The notes under the pieces are model-generated. The model was not told where the DNA came from. It was given only the letters and a program-made list of their open reading frames with translations, and searched no databases. Made by a program: the position numbers and the translations under genes. From contig CAVQUB010000002.1 in the NCBI GenBank assembly GCA_963716725.1, positions 256,001-320,000 of the forward strand: DNA of 64,000 nt, read 5' to 3'. This stretch comes from an uncultured delta proteobacterium. Its GTDB lineage: Bacteria; Myxococcota_A; Polyangia; Polyangiales; Polyangiaceae. Of this stretch, positions 57,864 to 64,000 are shown piece after piece. Position 1 is the stretch's first letter. The number at the start of each line of letters is the position of its first letter.

Positions 57864-60014
57864 TCAGCGTGCGCGGCGCGCCTCGATGGCGCCCAGCACT
57901 CGATCCGCCGACACCGGCACGGCGGTGCCGGGACCGAAGACCGCCGCCACACCGGCCGCTTCCAGGGCCGGGTAGTCCTGCGCGGGGATCACTCCGCCAC
58001 ACACCACGATCACGTCCTCGGATCCCGCGCGCCGAAGCTCGTCGATGAGCTCCGGCACCAAGGTCAGATGACCCGCGGCTTGCGTGGAGACTCCGATGGC
58101 GTGCACGTCGTTCTCGATGGCCTGACGGGCGACCTCGGCCGGTGTCTGGAAGAGCGGTCCGACGTCGACGTCGAAGCCGGCGTCGGCAAACGCAGTAGCG
58201 ATGAGCTTCGCGCCGCGATCGTGGCCGTCCTGCCCCATCTTGGCCACCAAGATGCGCGGGCGCCGACCCTCGGCCTTCAGAAACTGCTCGATGCGTTCGC
58301 GCAGCGCTCCCCACTTCGCGTCATCCCGATAGTAGCTGCCGTACACGCCCGCGATGCTGCGCGTCTCGGCCTGGTGGCGGCCCCAGGCTGCCTCGAGCGC
58401 GTCCGAGATCTCGCCGACGCTGGCCCGGGCGCGCGCCGCCGCGACGCTGAGCTCGAGCAGATTGCCCTGACCCGCCTCGGCGGCTTTCCGCAGCGCGCCG
58501 AGGGCGTGCTCGAGCGCCTCTCCGTCCCGCGCCTTGCGGACGGTCTCCAGGCGGGCGATCTGCGACGCTCGCACCGCGGTGTTGTCCACGACCCGGACCT
58601 CGACCGGCTCTTCGTGCGCGGCTTGGTACTTGTTCACGCCGACCACGACGTCGTTGCCACGATCGACGCGCGCCTGCCGGCGGGCCGCTGCTTCTTCAAT
58701 GCGCAGCTTGGGCATGCCCGCCTCGACGGCGCGCGTCATGCCACCGAGCTTCTCGACCTCGTCGATGAGCGCGAGCGCCTTTCCGGCGAGGGCGTGCGTC
58801 AGGTGCTCCATGAAATAGCTGCCCGCCCAGGGATCGACCACGCGGGGGATACCGGTCTCGTGCTGGATCACCAGCTGCGTATTGCGGGCGATGCGCGCGG
58901 CGAAGTCACTGGGCAGCGCCATCGCCTCGTCGAAGGAGTTGGTGTGCAGGCTCTGGGTCCCGCCGAGCACCGCCGCCATGGCCTCGATGGTGGTGCGGAT
59001 CACGTTGTTGTGGGGATCTTGCTCGGTGAGGCTGACGCCGCTGGTCTGACAGTGCGTGCGCAGCAGCATCGAATCGGGGTTCTTGGGGCCAAAGTGGCGC
59101 TTGATTAGGGTGGCCCAGAGCAGCCGCGCTGCCCGGAGCTTGGCCACCTCCATGTAGAAGCTCATGCCGATGCCGAAGAAGAACGACAGCCGCGGCGCGA
59201 AGCTGTCGATGTCGAGGCCCTTGGCCAGCGCGGCGCGCACGTACTCGAGGCCGTCGGCGAGCGTGAACGCCAGCTCCAGATCTGCCGTCGCCCCGGCCTC
59301 TTGCATGTGATAGCCCGAGATCGAAATCGAGTTGAAGCGCGGCATCTGTCGCGCCGTGTATTCGATCACGTCGGCGACGATCCGCATCGAGGGCGCCGGC
59401 GGATAGATGTAGGTGTTGCGGACCATGAACTCCTTCAGAATGTCGTTCTGAATGGTCCCGGTCAGCTCCCCGGGTTTCACGCCCTGCTCCTCGCCGGCCA
59501 CGATGAACATGGCCAAGATGGGCAGCACAGCGCCGTTCATCGTCATCGACACGCTCATCTCTCGGAGCGGGATGCCGTCGAAGAGGATCTTCATGTCCTC
59601 GACGGTGTCGATGGCAACGCCTGCCTTGCCGACGTCGCCGACCACGCGCGGGTGATCGCTGTCGTAGCCGCGATGGGTGGGCAGATCGAAGGCGACACTG
59701 AGGCCCTTCTGGCCTCCAGCCAGACCTCGGCGATAAAACGCGTTGGACTCTTCGGCGGTGGAGAAGCCCGCGTATTGGCGGATGGTCCAGGGACGTCCGG
59801 CGTACATGGTCGCTTTGGGCCCGCGAACGAAGGGGTAGTCACCCGGGATGCTGTCCCCGAAGTCGAGCCCCTCGAGGTCCTGTCGAGTGTAGAGCGGCTT
59901 CACGTCGATGCCCTCGGGCGTGTGCCAGACCAGGGTCTCGGGATCTTTGCCTTTGAGCTCGCCGGTCGCGAGCCGAGTCCAGTGGCTGAGGTCAGCGCTC
60001 TGCTTCGGATCCAT
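57864..60014 (-). CDS. scpA: Methylmalonyl-CoA mutase (B12-dependent)
   Basis: [50 protein letters not shown]12-binding motif. Confidence 0.96.
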   Translation of the reverse strand: MDPKQSADLSHWTRLATGELKGKDPETLVWHTPEGIDVKPLYTRQDLEGLDFGDSIPGDYPFVRGPKATMYAGRPWTIRQYAGFSTAEESNAFYRRGLAGGQKGLSVAFDLPTHRGYDSDHPRVVGDVGKAGVAIDTVEDMKILFDGIPLREMSVSMTMNGAVLPILAMFIVAGEEQGVKPGELTGTIQNDILKEFMVRNTYIYPPAPSMRIVADVIEYTARQMPRFNSISISGYHMQEAGATADLELAFTLADGLEYVRAALAKGLDIDSFAPRLSFFFGIGMSFYMEVAKLRAARLLWATLIKRHFGPKNPDSMLLRTHCQTSGVSLTEQDPHNNVIRTTIEAMAAVLGGTQSLHTNSFDEAMALPSDFAARIARNTQLVIQHETGIPRVVDPWAGSYFMEHLTHALAGKALALIDEVEKLGGMTRAVEAGMPKLRIEEAAARRQARVDRGNDVVVGVNKYQAAHEEPVEVRVVDNTAVRASQIARLETVRKARDGEALEHALGALRKAAEAGQGNLLELSVAAARARASVGEISDALEAAWGRHQAETRSIAGVYGSYYRDDAKWGALRERIEQFLKAEGRRPRILVAKMGQDGHDRGAKLIATAFADAGFDVDVGPLFQTPAEVARQAIENDVHAIGVSTQAAGHLTLVPELIDELRRAGSEDVIVVCGGVIPAQDYPALEAAGVAAVFGPGTAVPVSADRVLGAIEARRAR

Positions 60015-60081
60015 GGCGCAGACTTTTAGCACCGAACGCCTGGCGGTGGACGTTCCCCCGCTCGTGCCTTATCCCTCGACC

Positions 60082-60684
60082 ATGGACGCGGTCGATGATG
60101 TGCTCGGGTTCTGGTTCGGCACTCCGGATCCGGTCGGCGATCTGCCCGACGAGGTCTTTGCGCGCTACTGGAAGCGCGACGACGCCTTCGACGCCGAGAT
60201 CCGAGAACGCTTTTCGGCGCTGCACACCAGCGCCGCGGCATCGGAGCTGGACTCCTGGTGCGCCACTGCCCGCGGACGCTTGGCGCTGGTGATCCTGCTC
60301 GACCAGTTCTCCCGAAATCTGAGCCGCAAGAGCCCCGGGGCCTTCGCCAACGACGAAAGGGCGCTGGCCGTGGCCCTCGAGGGCATCGAGCAGGGCGAGC
60401 TCGCGCAGCTCTGCCCGATGCAACGCTACTTCCTGATCATGCCGACGATGCACGCCGAGGACCTCGCGGCCCAGGAGCACGGGATCCGACTCTTCGACGA
60501 GCTCGTGAAGCTCACCGAAGACCCGGGGCTCGGTAGACGCTTCGCCGGCGCCGCCGACTTTGCCCGCCGTCACCGGGACATCGTCGCGCGTTTCGGCCGG
60601 TTCCCGCATCGCAACGCCAGCCTGGGACGCGCGTCGACGCCCGAAGAGACCGAGTTCCTGAGCCAGCCCGGCTCCTCGTTCTGA
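60082..60684 (+). CDS. DUF924 family protein
   Basis: VLGFWF, FDAEIRERF, LDQFSRN, MHAE, FGRFPHRNASLGRASTPEE. Confidence 0.88.
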   Translation: MDAVDDVLGFWFGTPDPVGDLPDEVFARYWKRDDAFDAEIRERFSALHTSAAASELDSWCATARGRLALVILLDQFSRNLSRKSPGAFANDERALAVALEGIEQGELAQLCPMQRYFLIMPTMHAEDLAAQEHGIRLFDELVKLTEDPGLGRRFAGAADFARRHRDIVARFGRFPHRNASLGRASTPEETEFLSQPGSSF

Positions 60685-60726
60685 GGGTCAACGCCGGCCC
60701 CGGTGGAAGTCGTGTACTGTTTGCAG

Positions 60727-61263
60727 ATGCGCGCGCTGTTCCCGGCTTTGCTCTGTCTCACGCTCATCGGCTGCGGATCGTCGGATGACGACTCGGGGGG
60801 AGGAGGCGGTCCCGGCGGCAGCTGCGACGGCTCGGCGTCCGGCGGCGCCGCCTTCGAGTGCAAGGTCCTCGAGATCGTCAATCAACACCGCGCCCAGGGC
60901 GCGACCTGCGGGGGCAGCGCTCAAGCGCCGGTCGGGCCGCTGAAGATGCATCCTATCTTGCGCTCGACGGCCCGCGCCCACGCCGACGACATGGCGACGC
61001 AGGGCTACTTCGCCCACCAGAGCCTCGACGGCAGATCTCCCTTCGATCGCATGAGCGACGCGGGCTACGACTTCAAGACCGCCGGCGAGAACATCGCGGC
61101 GGGCAGCGCAACGCCCGAAGGCGCGATGGATCAATGGATGAACAGCCCGGGCCACTGCACGAACATCATGAAGGCCGGGTTCGAGGATCTGGGCGTGGGG
61201 TACGTCGAGAAGCCGGGCACCAAGTACACCCACTACTGGGTCCAGAATTTCGGCGCGCAGTGA
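60727..61263 (+). CDS. CAP/SCP domain lipoprotein
   Basis: Lipobox LIGC; AHADDM..YFAH, GENIAAG, WMNSPGHCTNIM, YWVQNFG. Confidence 0.9.
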   Translation: MRALFPALLCLTLIGCGSSDDDSGGGGGPGGSCDGSASGGAAFECKVLEIVNQHRAQGATCGGSAQAPVGPLKMHPILRSTARAHADDMATQGYFAHQSLDGRSPFDRMSDAGYDFKTAGENIAAGSATPEGAMDQWMNSPGHCTNIMKAGFEDLGVGYVEKPGTKYTHYWVQNFGAQ

Positions 61264-61275
61264 GCTGACCTAGCG

Positions 61276-62088
61276 TCACGACCTTCGGCGCGCCGCATCG
61301 ACTAGCGCCCGGGCCCGCGCCGCATCGACCGGCTCGTGCACCTGCCCCTCGCGTTTGAGCGAGGTCCCGACGATCACGCCATCGGCGATCTTCAACAGCT
61401 CGCCGATGGTCGCGGCGCTCACACCGCTGCCGACAAAGAGCGGGCGGTCCGGCACCGCGCGCCTCACGACCTCGAGCCGTGACACGCTCGTCGCTTCACC
61501 CGTGCCCGAGCCCGTCACGATCAGGCCGTCGGCGAGGCCACGCAGGGCCGTGTCCTTGGCGCTCTGCGCCAGATCGAAGCCCGCGGGCGGGGTCGCGTGT
61601 TTCACCGCCACGTCGGCCAGGATCTCCACGCTCGCCCGGCTCGCGGCGCGTTCGCGCAAGGTCTCCGGCGCGCGCCCCTCGAGCGTGCCCTGGTCGGTGT
61701 GCATCACGCCGACGTGCACGTTCACCCGGATGAAGTCGCCGCCGGTCGCCGCCGCGATGGCCAGGGCCGCCCGCGCGTCGTTGCGCAGCACGTTCACTCC
61801 GATCAGAGGCTCGGGGCCCACGGCAATCCTCAGCCGCTCGGTCATCGCTGCCATCTCGGCGATGGTGGTCGCCGGCACGCGGTCGCCGAAGAAGGGAGCG
61901 TCACCGAAGTTTTCGACCACGAAGCCGTCGAAGCCCGCGGCGACCAGTACCTCCGCGTCGGCCAGCGCGTGATCGACGACCAGCTTCCGGCTCGAAAAGC
62001 GCGGACTGCCGGCCAGCGGTAAGAGGTGCACGACGCCGAGCAGGACGCGCTTGCCGGCGCGCACCCGGGCAGCAATGGCGCGCGGCAC
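61276..62088 (-). CDS. BtpA/SgcQ family TIM-barrel protein
   Basis: GVVHLLPL, ENFGDAPF, GVNVLRND, TDQG, VKHA, VTGSGTG, VGSGV, DGVIVGTSLK. Confidence 0.9.
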   Translation of the reverse strand: MPRAIAARVRAGKRVLLGVVHLLPLAGSPRFSSRKLVVDHALADAEVLVAAGFDGFVVENFGDAPFFGDRVPATTIAEMAAMTERLRIAVGPEPLIGVNVLRNDARAALAIAAATGGDFIRVNVHVGVMHTDQGTLEGRAPETLRERAASRASVEILADVAVKHATPPAGFDLAQSAKDTALRGLADGLIVTGSGTGEATSVSRLEVVRRAVPDRPLFVGSGVSAATIGELLKIADGVIVGTSLKREGQVHEPVDAARARALVDAARRRS

Positions 62089-62090
62089 GG

Positions 62091-62936
62091 CTAGAGCCCC
62101 ACGCGATCGATCACCGCGTCGAGGGACTCGCTCAGCCCGCACTTCTCCATTCGGGTCACGAAGCGAAGCTCGTACTCAGGAGTCACGGCGCTCGCGACCA
62201 GGTGGATCGACACTCCGAGGTGGTAGGGCATGGCGAGATCGAGTTCGTAGATGTCGCCGACCAAGAGTGTCTGCTCGGGCGCGGTCCCCGTCTCCTGCCA
62301 GATCCGGCGGAGGACCTCGTAGTAGCGGCCGCGACGCAGATAAACCGGACGCGGCAAGCCCTCGAGCAGCTGCGTCTCGGGCAGCCCGGTGAAGCGTGCG
62401 TCGAGCTCCGTCGGTGGCTCGATGAACGCCTTCATCGCGTTGCCGCGCACCGTCGGCCGCCGCTCGGCGTCGGGCAAGAGCGCTTCGACCTTGCGTGTGA
62501 CCGCGGCCGTCCCCGAGTTGGTGACGACGTAGATCGGTGTCCCCGTCCCGAGCAAGCGCTCGAGCACCTGCTTCGCACCCGGTCGGAAGACCGTCGCCGA
62601 GAGTTCGTAGCTGCGTGAGTAGAGATCGGAGAGCGCCTGCTCCCGCTCGGCCGATTCGCGATAGGCGCCAAAGCGGTCCATGATCATTCGCGCGACGGTC
62701 GTCGAGCGAATGTAGGGATCCGCGTTGCCCGGCGCCACGAGCTTGCCCTGGAAGAGCCAGCCGTACTCGCTGGGGCTCGCGCGGACGGTCGCCTCGCCCT
62801 CGGCCCACTCCGCCGCGATGTCGCGCCCGAGGCGCTCCGCGAGGTCGGCCCGGTAGGCCTCCACGAAGGGAGCGCCCTCTTCCTCGGCGAGGGTGAAGGT
62901 TCCGTCGAAGTCGAGCAGGACGCAGTCGAAACGCAT
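62091..62936 (-). CDS. HAD-superfamily hydrolase
   Basis: LDFDGT, VVTNS, VGDIYELD. Confidence 0.8.
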   Translation of the reverse strand: MRFDCVLLDFDGTFTLAEEEGAPFVEAYRADLAERLGRDIAAEWAEGEATVRASPSEYGWLFQGKLVAPGNADPYIRSTTVARMIMDRFGAYRESAEREQALSDLYSRSYELSATVFRPGAKQVLERLLGTGTPIYVVTNSGTAAVTRKVEALLPDAERRPTVRGNAMKAFIEPPTELDARFTGLPETQLLEGLPRPVYLRRGRYYEVLRRIWQETGTAPEQTLLVGDIYELDLAMPYHLGVSIHLVASAVTPEYELRFVTRMEKCGLSESLDAVIDRVGL

Positions 62937-63031
62937 GGGGGGCAGCGGCGAGCAGCCTAGCACCCCGGAAATCCGTCGGAAACTGCTTCGAGCACCACGA
63001 CCAGTCCGAGCCTCGGGCATCATTGCCAGAC

Positions 63032-63336
63032 ATGCCGCTCTTCGGCCGCTCCGACGGCGATCTGATCCGTGATCTCTCCCCGCTCCGCAGGATTGTCCCG
63101 CACCTGATGCGGACTCGCGCCGGCGCCGTCGTCTTCCACGATTGGTCGGCGACGACGGAGCGCCCGCGGTGAAGGACACGGTCGAGATCCGCTGGAGCTT
63201 CGACGAGCACATCAACGACGGTTTCTACTGCGCGTCGTCCCTGGCGTTGGCCAAAGAGGTAGTCGAAGATCCAGAGAGCGTGCTGGGGCCACCCGTCGAC
63301 GCTGCTCGGGGCGGAGCGCGCGCGGCCGCGAGTTGA
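63032..63336 (+). pseudogene. Internally deleted remnant of a 2-oxoacid dehydrogenase E2-like acyltransferase gene
   Basis: N-terminus MPLFGRSDGDLIRDLSPLRRIVPHLMRTR joined out of frame near 63142 to C-terminus VEIRWSFDEHINDGFYCASSL..VEDPE. Confidence 0.6.
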
Positions 63337-63337
63337 C

Positions 63338-64000
63338 TCAGACGTCGAGTACGTCGGCCTGATCCGCGCGGTCCATGATGAAATGGAAGCGGGCCTGGGG
63401 GTCCTTGCCCATCAGATCGCTCACCACGCGGTCGGTGGCCAAAACGTCCGCGACTTCGATCTTGAGCAGCCGCCTGGTCTTGGGATTCAGCGTGGTCTCC
63501 CACAGCACCTTGGGCATCATCTCTCCCAGGCCCTTGAAGCGAGTGATCTCGGGCTTGGACTTGCCGCGGGCGTGATCCTTCACGATGCGCGCTTTGTCGG
63601 CGTCGTCCACGGCCCAGAAGGTCTCTTTGCCGATGTCCACCCGGTAGAGCGGCGGCACGGCCACGAAGAGCTTGCCCTGCCGGATCACCTCCGGCAGGTG
63701 ACGGTAGAAGAAGGTGAGCAGCAGCGTCGTGATGTGGTGACCGTCGCTGTCGGCGTCCGCGAGCAAGACGACGCGCTCGTAGCGCAGGCGCCCGATCTCG
63801 AAATTCTGACCGACGCCGCAGCCGAGGGCGGTGACCAGATCGGTGAGCTCTTTGTTCTCCATCACCTTGCCCAGGCTCATGCCCTCGGTGTTGAGAACCT
63901 TGCCGCGCAGGGGCAGCACCGCCTGCGTATTGCGGTCGCGCCCTTGTTTGGCGCTGCCCCCGGCGCTGTCGCCTTCGACGATGAAGAGCTCGGTGTTGCG
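63338..64000 (-). CDS. Type IIA topoisomerase subunit B, C-terminal part (ParE/GyrB-like, no long insertion)
   Basis: [47 protein letters not shown]; truncated by the window edge. Confidence 0.92.
   Translation of the reverse strand, partial: RNTELFIVEGDSAGGSAKQGRDRNTQAVLPLRGKVLNTEGMSLGKVMENKELTDLVTALGCGVGQNFEIGRLRYERVVLLADADSDGHHITTLLLTFFYRHLPEVIRQGKLFVAVPPLYRVDIGKETFWAVDDADKARIVKDHARGKSKPEITRFKGLGEMMPKVLWETTLNPKTRRLLKIEVADVLATDRVVSDLMGKDPQARFHFIMDRADQADVLDV

Overview
High-GC chromosomal window from a myxobacterium (Myxococcota, Polyangiaceae-like), judged from mglC, an FHA-sigma54 activator, Cys/Gly-rich lipoproteins and an FHA-TadA fusion. It is gene-dense (about 60 CDS) and I see no rRNA, tRNA, CRISPR array, prophage or IS element. 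Housekeeping genes: purF, hmgL, yceD-rpmF-fabH-fabD-fabG-acpP-fabF-nrdR-ribD-def, bamA, gyrA-nth, mglC-aroQ-accB-accC-meaB, methylmalonyl-CoA epimerase/mutase/meaB and the 3' end of a parE/gyrB-like gene. Many single-base frameshifts cluster in purF, hmgL, bamA, gyrA and xdh and look like long-read or polishing errors. Best candidate for an undescribed system: a translationally coupled operon at 35.2-43.9 kb (ThrC-like PLP enzyme, second PLP enzyme, Se-type xanthine dehydrogenase, SsnA-like amidohydrolase, M20 N-carbamoylase, beta-ureidopropionase-like nitrilase) plus a convergent YgfK-like reductase lacking its FAD/NADPH module. It looks like a hydrolytic, possibly ferredoxin-linked variant of the anaerobic reductive urate/2,8-dioxopurine pathway. 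Also notable: two intact apparent pseudoenzymes (FHA-TadA with no ATPase motifs; aconitase with no Fe-S or catalytic residues), a Na+/K+-ATPase-like P2C pump coupled to a tandem USP, and an internally deleted E2-like gene remnant. All family calls come from motif recognition by eye, not database searches.
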